Origin: Antedon mediterranea
Taxonomy: Eukaryota > Animalia > Echinodermata
Reading direction: 5' to 3'
Assembly (NCBI RefSeq): GCF_964355755.1
Contig: NC_092677.1
Location: 27,949,175-28,013,174 of the forward strand
DNA length: 64,000 nucleotides
Below are positions 41,164-53,496 of the stretch, one piece after another. Position 1 is the first letter of the stretch. Each line of letters opens with the position of its first letter. Position numbers and translations under genes: made by a program. The notes beneath the pieces were generated by a model. The model did not search any database. It was not told where the DNA came from and saw nothing but the letters and a program-made list of their open reading frames with translations.

Positions 41164-42694
41164 GATTATAATCAGTTAATACAGTTAGTAAAACATAGAA
41201 GGTAAATTACCTTGGAAACATGGACCCCTATTTGACCCCTATTTGACCCCAGTAACTAGATTCAGTATGACAATCAAGGTCAGTTACACCCCAGTCTTAC
41301 TTCCTGGATAACAAATGCCAGTGTGTAAAGTACACTCAGCTTCCTCAGGAAGTGTTTAATCAACTTATGTTTATTGCTTTGGAATATAATATATTATACA
41401 TATTCGGAATATATGGAATATACAGCATATACTGTATTATATCCAGCATATTTTTTAAATTTTATAAGAAAACCCTGTTTGAAACAAGAAACACTTTTTA
41501 AATTGACTGTATTTTGGTTCTTTAATGTATTTTCGTTCTTTAGTTTAAAGTTTTCTTTACTGTGGTCTGTGTATTTCAACAGACAATTTAAATATATCTC
41601 ATTGCATTTTTAAAATTCTGTTTCTTTCTAGAGAATATATTAAATTTAAAGAAATTTAATTTAAAGAGAGGATATGTCATGGTCCTCGGAATGAATACAT
41701 TTGGAATTAAGATTCATAATAATATTTAACATTCATTATAATAATATTTAACATTCATTATAAATTACAGTCGCCACATCAACCACCAGTAGGAGGGATG
41801 CCAATGGGGCCACCAAATCCTGGTGCAGCACCTTACCCGGGACCAGGATATTCCCAGGGACCAGCCTACCCTCCTGGACCAGTAAGTACCCACAAATATT
41901 CTTTAATTATATTTTATTACAAAGACTGTATGCATACATTAAGCCAAGTCATGACAAGTGCAATTTACAGGCTGATGTAATTGTATGATCATGTTATTAC
42001 AAAGACTGTATGCATACATTAAGCCAAGTCATGACAAGTACAATTTACAGGCTGATGTAATTGTATGATCATGTTATTTATTTTCTTTTCTAGCCACCAC
42101 CATCATACACTTCTTTTGATCCAGCATGTGAGTTACACTTAATTTGCTATATGTATAATAATTTACATAATCAATGATGTACACTACTCAGTAGTGGATG
42201 CAAGATTTGTGGGGCCAAAGGCCTAAAAAATTGTGAAATTTCATTTCATTATTTATTTGGTCTATTTCAATATATACATAAAAAAAATGAAATTGGGGAG
42301 ACCAGGGTCAACCTAAGTGAACTTAATCACTGTAGCTGAGCCGGTTGACCCAACCTCAAAGTTGGGCCCCCTTTTGGATCTGCATATGCTACTGCTATGA
42401 GATCATAATAATAATAACCTGTAAAACACATGAACCTACGACACTACTGAATTCACTCGCTATCATGCTTTCTAATAGTGTTAATAATATTTATGATTGC
42501 TTTATTCAGACCCTCCCCCAGCCGCTCCATCGGCTCCAGAGAAATCAATGCCCGCAGCGTCATTCCCGGAGTTACCATCAGTACCGGCATCAACATTCCC
42601 GACGGATAGCGTAGGGAAAGGGTCAGCTGGTGGGGAAGATGTGGACTTTGATGATTTGACCAAAAGGTTTGAAGAATTGAAGAAAAAGAAATAA
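36464..42694 (+). CDS. IST1: IST1 ESCRT-III-associated factor, about 371 aa
   Basis: Exons 36464-36542, 36686-36762, 36864-37055, 37451-37534, 37942-38058, 38508-38651, 40360-40452, 41771-41881, 42094-42127, 42510-42694 (1116 nt). LKLAINRLKLMEKKK, RARIRVEHIIRED, ELYCDFLLARFG, MIM2-like FPELPSVP, MIM1 DFDDLTKRFEELKKKK. Confidence 0.95.
37700..37865. repeat. About 85-bp direct duplication in an IST1 intron
   Basis: AAGCTCTGTCTACACTACTTTATTTGTTTGTTTGTACAGG..GGGTGATGATGCCCTGGT..ATCAC.TAGGC x2. Confidence 0.85.
38082..38460. repeat. 11-bp minisatellite (ATAACCAACCG)n, about 34 copies
   Basis: Directly visible; produces spurious VIGWLSVGYRL ORFs in all three minus frames. Confidence 0.97.
39050..39346. 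repeat. 23-bp minisatellite, about 13 identical copies
   Basis: GATACGCCTTAACATGCTAACTT repeated without variation. Confidence 0.97.
39606..40176 (+). mobile_element. Helentron-associated non-autonomous element (HINE), about 570 bp
   Basis: 5' TATTACCTCCGCCAAGGAGG, (GT)n tract, duplicated CCACAGTTTT.ATCCGATTCT.ACCAAA and GGTCAA.G cores, 3' sub-TIR GGCGGAGGT, hairpin GTACTCTCGGAGTAC, terminal CTAG; T-rich flanks. Confidence 0.8.
39962..40033 (-). pseudogene. tRNA-derived sequence (A and B boxes, poly-T terminator) inside the HINE
   Basis: Minus strand GACAGTGTGGTCTAATGGTTATGTATCCAGCCTCTCATAGTTGAGATCGCTGGTTCAAGTTCCACTGAGGGG followed by T11; acceptor stem does not pair. Confidence 0.6.
42189..42388. 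mobile_element. Degenerate CA..TG MITE with possible 5-bp TSD
   Basis: CAGTAGTGGATGCAA ... TTGGATCTGCATATG (9/15 TIR match), flanked by CTACT on both sides. Confidence 0.45.
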
Positions 42695-42871
42695 ACCTAC
42701 TACAACCATGGAGTTTTTACCTCCATGCTACAAGAAATAAACCTACTACAAGCATGGAGTTTTTACCTCCATGCTACAAGAAATAAACCTACTACAAGCA
42801 TGGAGTTTTTACCTCCATGCTACAAGAAATAAACCTACTACAAGCATGGAGTTTTTACCTCCATGCTACAA
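42686..42871 (+). repeat. 46-bp tandem repeat x4 overlapping the IST1 stop codon; each unit has AATAAA and a hairpin
   Basis: AAGAAATAAACCTACTACAAGCATGGAGTTTTTACCTCCATGCTAC at 42686, 42732, 42778, 42824. Confidence 0.95.
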
Positions 42872-43606
42872 CAGAGGAGCATTGCCTATGACTTACATAA
42901 TATTGTATTATTTATATATTTTACGAAACGTATATTGAATTTGATGAGCATGGCTAATGCAATATTTGCGGGTGTTTACACATTTAATTAACATGTTAAT
43001 CATCCACAAAGGCATATAAAAAAGATCACCTTTTGAACATAAATGAAACTGCACTGGTAGTTATAAATATATATGAAATGGAAAAAAATGAACGTACCAA
43101 TTTAGTTCCATGTTAAAATAGTCTGCACCTCAGATCGTTTATATCACACCAGGCTAATCTACAAAAAAAGGAAAAAAACAAAGTTGTATTGAAATGGAAT
43201 AAATTAAAATTTAAAAGTTGTAAAAAGTAGTTTAATTCTGTGCTATGCAATGGATGATGGACACATTCTTTTACCTTTTATTTTAGTAAACTAGTTACTA
43301 AAATGTAGAAGATTCTAGATTGTCTGTAGTTGTAAATGAATACTGTAGATTTTAGTAATTAAATTATCAAAAAGAATATCAAAATATCAAAATAAGAATA
43401 TTTTAATTTTTCTGTGGGAATCTTTTCCAACATTAGTTACTTCTCAACACTCTCATTCTAGGCCTATAAATAAAGTTGATTTTATTGATATATTAAATTC
43501 CAAATACTACTAATTTTATATTTTGAGTTATTTAATAAAGGTTACAATGTACAGTAGAGGTGACATTTTACGTTTTTATATACAGTTTCATTATACAGTA
43601 ATATGA

Positions 43607-43757
43607 TTGGTTCCTACTTAGACGCAGAGACGAACGACGAGGGCGCGCAAGTGAGTTGACCAATCACAAGGGCCAGTTCATATCCATCGCGTCGTGATTG
43701 GTGAAATTACTTGCGATTGCGACGCGCTTATTACGTCGTTGCGTTCAAGTGGAAACC
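43607..43757. mobile_element. Palindromic MITE family B
   Basis: TTGGTTCC.ACT..ACGCA ... CGCAAGTGAGTTGACCAATCAC / GTGATTGGTGAAATTACTTGCG ... TGCGT.CAAGTGGAAACC; related copy at 47942-48092. Confidence 0.7.
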
Positions 43758-44412
43758 GCGGCAATTTTGTTTCGTCATTTTGTAAAGATAAATCGTAATT
43801 CAGCCACGGCTAGTTACGTTTTATTGTAAGCAATATTTGTGAAATAAATACGATGTGTGGACAGTTTAAATTATAGATCGACATTTTAAAGAAACACTGC
43901 ATTTCTGAAATACGAAAGAAACGCCCGGTAAACGAGAAATGAAAAGAAGGATTCTCCACTGTAAAATAACATGCGACAAAATGACGGTAAACCACCGTAA
44001 ACTCTACAGTGGTCGTAACATCAATAAACTACAAGTCTTTGATAATTATTATTAATGCTAAGATGCACCATATAGGCCTACCAATATATTAATTAATTAT
44101 GTAATCCTAGAATTAAATTGATACTTAAAACACGGAGAATGCTTAAACTAAGACAGTAATCATAATTGATAACGTAACGTAGAAGAAATATTAATTGATG
44201 TTTTAAATAACTCCGTGATTATTGTCATTATTTCTTTATGTTATAACAAAAAAAGCAACTCTCGCTTCTCGTTTCAATTTACAAACAATTCTGTGCATGG
44301 TTAAAGGCATATTTTTTCAAGTTTTGTTTAAATCTTATTTTTCAATAGGAGAAGTGTACTTATATTACACAAGTAATGCGGTTCTATAACATGTTGTTAA
44401 GCGAAAGATTTA

Positions 44413-44580
44413 TGACGTCAGATCATATTATTATATCATAGATGACGAAATCCCTAAATATACTTTTAATGAATATGCATGAGGATGTCTGTTATAAATA
44501 CAGTGTTCACCCTGAAGAGGGCGTTGTTGCCTCTCATCCTTCATGACCTCCACACCTATGCGGCGTTTCTGCTGAGGAAA
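44413..44580 (+). promoter_or_regulatory. Putative Maf core promoter (CRE, TATA box, half-MARE)
   Basis: TGACGTCA at 44413-44420, TATAAA at 44493-44498, TGCTGA near 44570, about 300 bp upstream of the ATG. Confidence 0.5.
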
Positions 44581-44808
44581 TGACATTATTTTGACCGAAA
44601 GGAAGCTTTTTAAAGATATTTTGTATATCTGAAAGTGACCCTAGGTCTTGTTTTGTCTCGACGTGTGATTTTTTTCACATTGACTTTCCAAAGTCGTTTA
44701 GAAATTGCCGCATTTGGACATCGGGTCTTTACGTGTCAAAAACATAAGGGACGAGAGGTGCCTCCATTTCATTGACGAAAGACTGAAACCGAGATTGGCG
44801 TCGACATA

Positions 44809-45531
44809 ATGGCAGAATTCGATGTCAATGACCTTCTTGGGCTAGAATACATCCAGGATTTCGATTTGAATTTCGACGTAAAGCAGGAAGAAGAAAATGG
44901 AAGCGATGATTGTGCCATGTACGGTGGTAGACCAAGTTTGGGAACGACTCCGGCAGATGAGTCCCCAAACTCTAGCATACCACTGTCTGGCCACATGATA
45001 AATGTACCTAGCCCAATGCTTCCGAGTGTAGACCTGCAAAAGTACTATTCCACTATCAATTCTGACTTTTTGACGGATAATAGTGCAGCTGAAGCTTTTA
45101 TCGGTACAGCCAATGATCCCGGAACCAGCGGTAGCCGCTCCGACGACGACGGCGGAGCTCGAGCACCGTCTGATTATTCCGACCTACCCAGATTTGACGA
45201 AAAACCTGAGTTTACAGATGACGATTTGGTGAGTTTAAGTGTTAAAGAGCTCAACCGAAGATTACGCAATTATGACAAGGAAGAAATTATGCATTTAAAG
45301 CAGAGAAGACGCACTTTAAAAAATCGAGGATACGCGCACAGTTGCCGTACGAAACGCATGTGTCAACGTAACAGCATGGAAACTGACTACACGAACCTGA
45401 GAGCCGAAGTACAACAACTCAAAGTTCAATTGGAAAGAACAATACGAGAAAGAGACGCGTACAGATCTCGGCTTGAAGAAAGGTATAGCGATAGTAGTTC
45501 GCCGACATCGCCCTGCGATTCCTCCTGCTAA
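44809..45531 (+). CDS. MAF: Large Maf bZIP transcription factor (MafA/MafB/c-Maf co-orthologue), intronless, 240 aa
   Basis: N-terminal [16 protein letters not shown] (large-Maf activation domain with SUMO consensus), TP/SP cluster, [21 protein letters not shown], basic region [18 protein letters not shown], leucine zipper. Confidence 0.95.
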   Translation: MAEFDVNDLLGLEYIQDFDLNFDVKQEEENGSDDCAMYGGRPSLGTTPADESPNSSIPLSGHMINVPSPMLPSVDLQKYYSTINSDFLTDNSAAEAFIGTANDPGTSGSRSDDDGGARAPSDYSDLPRFDEKPEFTDDDLVSLSVKELNRRLRNYDKEEIMHLKQRRRTLKNRGYAHSCRTKRMCQRNSMETDYTNLRAEVQQLKVQLERTIRERDAYRSRLEERYSDSSSPTSPCDSSC

Positions 45532-47567
45532 AAAAGTAATCTTGTCATTTGCCTTCGATGGATTCCACTTCTAAAACTGAACTGCAAGCAACAAACACAG
45601 TACCGTATTTTACTCAATGTCAACCGATATTGCCGTATGTTACGAAAGCAACCAACTGGACTTAAAATCATTATTAAGCAAAAACGTAACCTTCTGCTAA
45701 TTCACTATCAAAACAAGACGAAGCATAATCAATATGTCACGGTTATTCGCAAATTAATTTACAGAATAATTATTACCGAACATTTATCGTTTTTATTTGG
45801 TAATGATTACGATATCGATTGTTGACTGATAGGAATTATGGGAAGGCTATTGGATTTGGATTGCGCAATATCAGATCGCCATAGTCGGCAATATAGCAAT
45901 CAATGGTATAGTGTATCGTTCTTGTGGATGGATAGCAACGAACTGGAGTCAGTTTTATGCTGTTAATCAAGTATTGGATGTGGAATCTATTGAACTGTAA
46001 ACTTTTATATAAAAAATGTGTGATATTATTGAATTGTTGTAACCAGGTAACGTGTTTATTTTTGTACATTCAACATTTAAGTATGGATAATATATTTTTG
46101 AGAGGGGTGTTATTGTGGTAGATTACGAATCTTACGTTTTCTACCAAATAGCAAGTATCCAATATATTACTTTGGTTACCTGTTCAATTATATCACACAT
46201 TACGTCAGTGATACCACACAACACACGCACATGAGCGCGCGCGTTTAAATGCCGATTATACGCGGCATTTGTACGCGAGCGTTGATATCGTTTTGCGTGG
46301 TGTCATTGACGATAACCCGATTTAGTCAGTTTATATTTATTTTTTTATTAAGAACACTAAGTGTTCTTAACGGACTGATAATGGATACCAACCATTTAAG
46401 TAACCTTTGACATGTAACGGAACTAAGTAAGCGAAAAAAATAAGAAAGAAAAAAAAAGCAACAACAAAAAGAAAAAAGAGGCATAAAAATATAAAACAAA
46501 CATATATATGTAACGATTGTATATTTTTGGGTGGGTATGTTCTTAGGAACATTCTCACTGTAATAATATACAATCGGTTATAATATGAAAAAAAAAAATG
46601 AAAAAATATTTTAAAAATCTAAAAAAAATATATAAGACCAGAAAAACTCCAGGAACTGGCCTAACGTGGAGGATGCCCAGTTTTTGAAATGGGAGTAAAC
46701 AAGCTGGTTTTTTGACAATGTCTAACTGATTCTGACGACGGACACAAACAATATACCATATTGTTTTTAACTTTTGTGTAATTATTCTCTTTAAATCCAA
46801 TATATAATCTTGTTTTTCCCTGTACCGTTTTTTTACACGGTACTCGATTCTATCCATGTTGTATTCTCGAATTGTATTCCATTCTTAAAATTTAACATAA
46901 ATTGTTAATGACGTAATCATGACGTGGAACATTGCAATGATCAATCAATATGATGTGTATTTTTTTTTTAGCATAACGCGGGTAATCAGAACATTCAGAT
47001 TGATTAATTGATTATGACGTCATTTGGTTTACAATAGAATATGCAATGGAAATACTGTAACCCTAAGAATATTGCTATATCATGGTCATGACTTTAATTC
47101 TGTTTAAAAATGTTTTCTGTCTAATAATTTTAACCTACCGTACTTTTACATTTTTAATGTTAAATTATTATTATAACAGTCCACGCATCACTATGCAATG
47201 TTCTTCATACTTAAATGCTAATTAATACTGTTTTTTCCATGGACAATTCAATACATGTGTGAAGGGACAGGAAAGTGTTAAATAATATTTATTGCAATCG
47301 TAAAAATGAAAAAAATATATATAGTAAATGTTTATGAATGTATTGTGTGTACAGAAAAAAACTATATTGGAAAAAACAGTTTGTAAATAGTTGCTACGTC
47401 ATCGATCATTGATCGAATGGTTTTCTTCTCTCATTCCTTCATGTTATTTCTCTTTCTCTGATTCTAATGAATAAAAATATTCGGTAAAATGATTTACGAA
47501 TTCTTTCGTTTACTTTATGTGTTTAGTAATTTAATATGACGATGAAGCACCAGAACGGTGATAAAAT

Positions 47568-47650
47568 GCGCGTGGTGATGACGTAAACGCGTGTTGATGA
47601 CGTAAACGCGTGTTGATGTTGTAAACGCGCGGTGATGACATAAACGCGCG
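47568..47650. repeat. 19-bp CpG-rich tandem repeat x4
   Basis: CGCGTG(G/T)TGATGACGTAAA-like units about 100 bp after a candidate Maf AATAAA (47470-47475). Confidence 0.8.
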
Positions 47651-47941
47651 ATGCAGAACACCCAATAAATCGCCCATTTCTAAATTGTATTATGTAATAT
47701 TATCTGTATTCGTGATGCAACATTGTATGTATCTAAACATTATGTAGGTGGACTGTGATTAACTATCAAATCCAAAGATAGCAGCCTTCAAATACTAACG
47801 TTAAATAGGACAAAGTACATTCATGACAACAGGAAGCTCCCTCGATACGATATTGTCACAGATTATGTTATCAACTGTGAACTTCACATGACCCTCCTGT
47901 ATAATTGTGAAATTCACAAGTCTATACACCCTTCACTTACA

Positions 47942-48092
47942 CTTGGTTCCCATGTAGTAGGTGGCAACGACGTAGGCGCATCGCAAGCGAGAGTTGACCA
48001 ATCAAAAGCGACAGTTCGGATATGATCCATCGCGTCGTGATTGGTCAAATTACTTGCGTCGAACTTATGTTCTTATATTGTGAGAACCAAGT
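47942..48092. mobile_element. Palindromic MITE family B copy
   Basis: CTTGGTTCCCA ... CGCAAGCGAGAGTTGACCAATCA / TGATTGGTCAAATTACTTGCG ... TGAGAACCAAG. Confidence 0.7.
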
Positions 48093-48740
48093 TCTAAATA
48101 CAGTAGTGTATTCACTCATAAAAAAATATAATTTGAAATACATGCAAGTGAATTCAAGCGTAAGGAAAGTACTTTACATACAGCTTTAAATGTCCAATCA
48201 AATCAATGTATTCATTTCAATTATCATAATTATTACTATTAACTTAAACAAAAAAAAAAGGACACAAGATTACTTGTACCACGTGGCTGCATGACGTCTT
48301 CTTTATATCCAGTGTTTGTAAGACTTATTAAGGAGACACCTTCTGGACCAACTGTCCGCATAATGAGTGTGTCCCAAAACGAAGAGATTCTACTGTATTT
48401 ATTGTAGCATATTTTAACCAAAACAAAACACACAAATACAAAGAGAGAGCTTTTTGATATAAAATATTCATATTTATTGCAAACCTGTTCTACAATCATT
48501 TGTATACATGCAAAAAGGAAAATACAAAAATAACAACATATACTGTATACTAAGAGTTACATACTTAGCAATGTGTGCAATTTATAATAAAATGTATAAT
48601 AAAAATATTCTTTGTGAAAAGTATAAAAAACCTTGATTTTGCTTGTGCAAAACTACGGAGTATAATGTGTTTTACAACAAACAAAATCAAAACATTTTTT
48701 CATGACGTCACTTTATGTATCTTTACCTGTTTCTTCTTTT

Positions 48741-51700
48741 TCATTTACTTGTAAACTTTGGTCGTATGTGAAGTTCTGGCGTGACTAGGTAACAAAAAAG
48801 AAAATATATTGTTTCATTAAACTATTAACTAATAGAAGAAATATAGTTAAAATTAGGTAAAAAACTGCTAATAAACACTGCTGCTGAAGGTTCTAAAATA
48901 TGTTTCAAGGTACAAATAATTGTAAAATGTTTGTCGTTTTGGGTGGAAAAATCTCATTTAAAGCAAATAATTTAACTAAACAGACCTGTCTTATCTTGCA
49001 AGCTGGTATTCGGTGTGCTCATCAAACTTTCATTGTTTAATGATATAAAAGATGTAAGATGAACAGATGATTCCTTTGTTTCTTCATGTGGACCTGTGTG
49101 CTCGAGTATATTAGTATTTGGTGTACTCATCCATCTTCCATTATCTACCGATATAAAAGATGGAACGTGTTGAGACGAGTCTTTATCTTCTTCAAGTATA
49201 CTAGCATCCAGTGTACTCTTCCAACTTTCGTTATTTAACGATATAAAAGATGGAATGTGTTTAGACGTTTCTTTATCTTCTTCAAGTATACTAGCATCTG
49301 GTGTACTCATCCAACTTGCATTGTTTAACGATATAAAAGATCGAACGTGTTTAGACGATTCTTTATATTCTTCAAGTATACTAGCATCTGGTGTACTCTT
49401 CCAACTTTCATTGTTTAACGATATAAAAGATGGCAAATTATTAGATTCACTATTTTCAACCTCACTTGACGGTTCTATATCTTCTGTTACTTGTTTTGGT
49501 CTCTTTGGTATTCTGAAAGAATCAACAATAAAAACTGTAAAAAAAACTTTAACTGGTTTTATAGTAACTATCTGTATACAATTTTTTAATAATAAATACA
49601 TACGTGTGAGAAGTTTTGACTTGTTGTCAACAAATCTTCATCTGTATAAAAACTTTTTTCTATTAAATCTTCCAAACCTACTAAAATTGTAATGAATGCA
49701 ATACAAAGATTATGAACCAAAAAGTAAACAATATCTTACTTGTGTTCTGGTTTCTGTGACTTTCTTTTAGTTGTCTTCTGCTGACGGTGAAGAAGACGAC
49801 ACTGGCGCCCTCTAGGGCAAGTTTTGTCTTGCCGATAATTCGGGCACTCTAATGAATGCTTTTTCTTACACTAAAAAAAAAGATTTTTTTTTTCAAATAT
49901 AAAAAAATGACATAAATTGTTACTATAAAACAAAAAATGTAATATATTTGATTTAGATTGAACACAATAATATTTACTGACCTTTTCTCCTTCTGGACAG
50001 TAGCCACGTAAAAAGTCTTCGCAGATGGCAGCATTACGACTGACATTGACATGAAGGTATGGACAGTTATCACGATTGCAAATACCACGTAGAAAATATG
50101 AACATACCGGCATCTATGAAAATAAATAAAATTCATTTTAACAGTATTGATTCAGTTTAACAAAGGTTACAAGTTGTGATTGTCAAGTTGTCATTGGGAT
50201 ACCTAGTTACAAGTTGTGGAGCTACTATACATATTTTAGAAAGTAAAAATATATTTAGGTATTTTACCTTATCTTTTGAAACTTTGTGTGAAAATGGACA
50301 AGTTCCATCAACCTGCTTACACTTGCCACGGAGAAACCTGTAAACAGTAAAAACTGTAGTAAATCTATTGAGCTTTTAATACATTTTTCAGAGGGACATC
50401 CCTATTCAGAGGACACTTCAGTGAAATATATGAGGGCTAATATGGTTTTCATATTCAGTGGATACCCCTATTAATAAAGAACACTTTGTTTGGTCCTTAA
50501 GACATCCTTTAATAGGTATTCTACTATATTTTCTGCCACTATTGAATCCTATTCAATGGAAGAGTTACCTTGTACAAACTGCCACTTTATCTGGGTCATG
50601 TACATACTGACATTCCTTGCCTCTACTACATTTACCAAAATGGTTGTAATAAATACAGTATCGCTTTGCGTCCGTTACCTTGTTATGCTTCTTATACTTT
50701 GCTTGGTTGCTTGTTATAATACTTTTATGCAAAACTTGTCTACAAAAAAATATATACTAAAGCATTTAGAAATAATCTGTATATTAAAATGATCTAAAGA
50801 TAAAATGTAAAAAAGCTTTTGATAAATAATAATGATTATATAATACATACTGTGCTACAAGTTTTCTACTGCTTATAAACTGCTTAGATAATACAAACGA
50901 CGCTTTGTCAACTGAAGCAATTCTGTTGTTTAGGCCAACTACTTTCTTAAGTCGCTTCAACTTTTTGCCAGATGAATGAACTTTGAACTCATGGTTACTG
51001 ATTGACACTGGTATGACCTCACTATCTTGAGAACTGCTCACGCGAGATAAGCCTAAAAAAAAAACCATATTGAATTCATCATAAACTATAACTAAAATAT
51101 CATGAGATAATATAAAATACATTACTTTGTGAAAAAAATAAATTGTGAATGCAACCAAACAGCCATTTACACGATGATACAAAATGCAGTGGTGGTGAAA
51201 TTGGACAAATGTTCTATACCTGATGACTGATTCACATTTTTCCTCACAATCTTCCTCCTTGTCTTGCGGACAGTAAATAACACGGATGGAGGATTGGTAA
51301 CTATTCTTCCCGGAGTTCTTATTCCAGAATAGTCCATGTTCTTACTTTGCAAGACAGCGGGTGAACGCTTCTTGTCAAGCTTAAATCTTGACCTTGGAAG
51401 CACTGGAGTGTGACTGTTGACATATTTCTTCCGTCTCTCCATAAATGGTTTGGGTTGTGTTTTTGGAGTCTTAACAACATTTGTAAGCTTGTAACCACAC
51501 ATGCTAACTCTCTTTGTTTTAGGATGTTCTGTGAAAATAATAATGTAACTAAGTAAGTAAAATTAGTTCTACAAATTCTTTTTGGCATCATAAAGAGAAA
51601 AAAATAAATCTAAAATACACATGTTTAGAGTGCTTTTTACTTTGTGTACAGTACCTTTTCTCCATGTAAACTTTGACTTGGAATAACTTGCATCACTGTG

Positions 51701-53496
51701 GCCAGTACCAGTAGGTAGTTTTGGTGTTTTCTTTATCCTATAGGCAATAGATTTCTCCTTTTTGTCATCGCACACCCATCTGTGCTTTGAGGTTTTCTTG
51801 CTACCATTTTGCCCTAACGATTTCTTTTTCTTCACACTAGGTGATACATACACACTTGCATAAACAGTCTTTCTATTTTTTATCACCTTTTTAGTGGATT
51901 GTGTTGGAGAGTTGAGTTGTAATTTATACTTTGTTTTAACTGCAATATTCTGTTTCTGATGAATGTACTTTATAGGTGAAGCAGACGAGTTACTATTTTT
52001 AACTGAAATTGGTGAATCTGGTAACGAATGAGTTGCACTTGTTTGCTTTCTATCATTCTTTACTTTCAAACTTTCTTTTTCTTTTTTCCAAACATATTTT
52101 GAATTTGGGTTATTTTTGGGTGATGGATTGCTTTTGTTGGTCGTGGTTGAATAGGTTTTATCCATCTTCAAGTTTCTTTCGAGTGTAGCTGTGTTCAAGC
52201 TTTTGGTTTGGGAATACTTATGGTTGGTTAATTCATCTTTAATTTCTTTTGCTATCTCTGTTTTGTTGGTAAGATGATTATCGTTGACAAAGGTGTGTGT
52301 TGCGTTCTTGTGCACCTTTGTTAAGTTTGAGGGCGATGTTTTTTGTTGACTCTCGTTTTTATAGTTAATTGTTGAGTTTCTTTCATCTGATTGGTTGAAA
52401 GTTTTAGTATTAATTTTAGAATATTTGCCAGAATTCTTTGTTTGGTCAAAAGGTGTTGATGTTGTTGCTACTTTAGTGGACTGAGTCACATATTTAAGTT
52501 TTTCAGACTTTTCTAAGTGGTTGGCTTTAACCAATGGTTTTACCACATATACTGCAGACGGTGCAACATAATTCCCCTGTTTTCTTGCATGGTATGATGA
52601 TAAAGTTGTCGATTGAGTTACAGAATTATTAACTTTGGTATATTTTTCAGTATTCTTCGATGGATTCAATGTTGATGATGCCAATGTCGCTGTGCTTGTC
52701 ACCATGTTATTAACTTTTGAAAACTGTCCAGAATGTTTTAATGTGACAGCAGACACATTACTATAGTGATCAGACTGTTTCCCTTTGCCTACATCATCAG
52801 CTCTTCGCCATACCATGTTTTTCTTGCATGGTGGCAGCAGAGTCTTTGATTGATATTTGTGACTTGATTGAGTAGATTTCTGTTTTTGTTGGGTCGTATG
52901 TTTTTCTTTGTTCTTTTGCTTGTGCTGATGGAGCAGTTCTAGAAAAATCATTCAAAATAAAAATAATATATATAGATAGGCCTAGGCCTAGTATATATTA
53001 ATTATTATATTCTTTCATATAAAAATACTAGTATAGCCTAGGCTAGGCCTAGTACAACTACTCTACAGCAGTACAGTACAGGAGTATTTAATTTAATATT
53101 ACTGATTACAAACAATTATTAATTACTTAAAAAAACAAAGAATATTGGGCGCCGAATATTGTTGGGTTAGGATGTGGATACATACGTTTTTCATCCTACT
53201 AGACAATATCAAACAATCTAGGCCTAGCATACCTAAACCCAGAACCTGAGCTGATCCACTACGCCAACAAGCTAGCTTGCACTAGCCTACTACTATTCTA
53301 GCCTAGCCTAGAGCTAGAAAGGTCAGAAGACAAACAGTGGCTTAGCATATAAAAACTTAAAAAATAAACTTCAAAATAGCGTTTGTCAGTAATAGTAGAG
53401 TTCTATAACAAGATGACTTAACTTTTACTTACTTGAGAGAAATATAAGTTCGTTTTTTAAACTTGTATGTTCGTCGTTTGATGATTTCGAAGCCAT
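48741..53496 (-). CDS. ZC3H3: Zinc finger CCCH domain-containing protein 3, about 977 aa
   Basis: Exons 53433-53496, 51655-52938, 51220-51528, 50851-51052, 50569-50739, 50268-50337, 49982-50113, 49740-49870, 48986-49512, 48741-48784 (2934 nt). Five CCCH fingers YCIYYNHFGKC..HDPDKVAVCTRFLRGKC..MPVCSYFLRGIC..CEDFLRGYCPEGEKCKKKH; ends LHIRPKFTSK*, like human LHIKPRL. Confidence 0.92.
49000..49436 (-). repeat. Coding tandem repeat (spacing 90, 90, 90, 108 bp) in the ZC3H3 penultimate exon
   Basis: ATATAAAAGAT anchors at 49421, 49331, 49241, 49151, 49043; encodes SFIS(L/V)..W.STP..SILEE x5. Confidence 0.92.

Noticed and set aside
49604-49680. Possible extra ZC3H3 exon with TAGTAG acceptor and CAC|GTATGT donor
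   Set aside because: Entering in phase 2 hits TGA and the exit phase does not match; direct 49740^49512 splicing keeps the frame.
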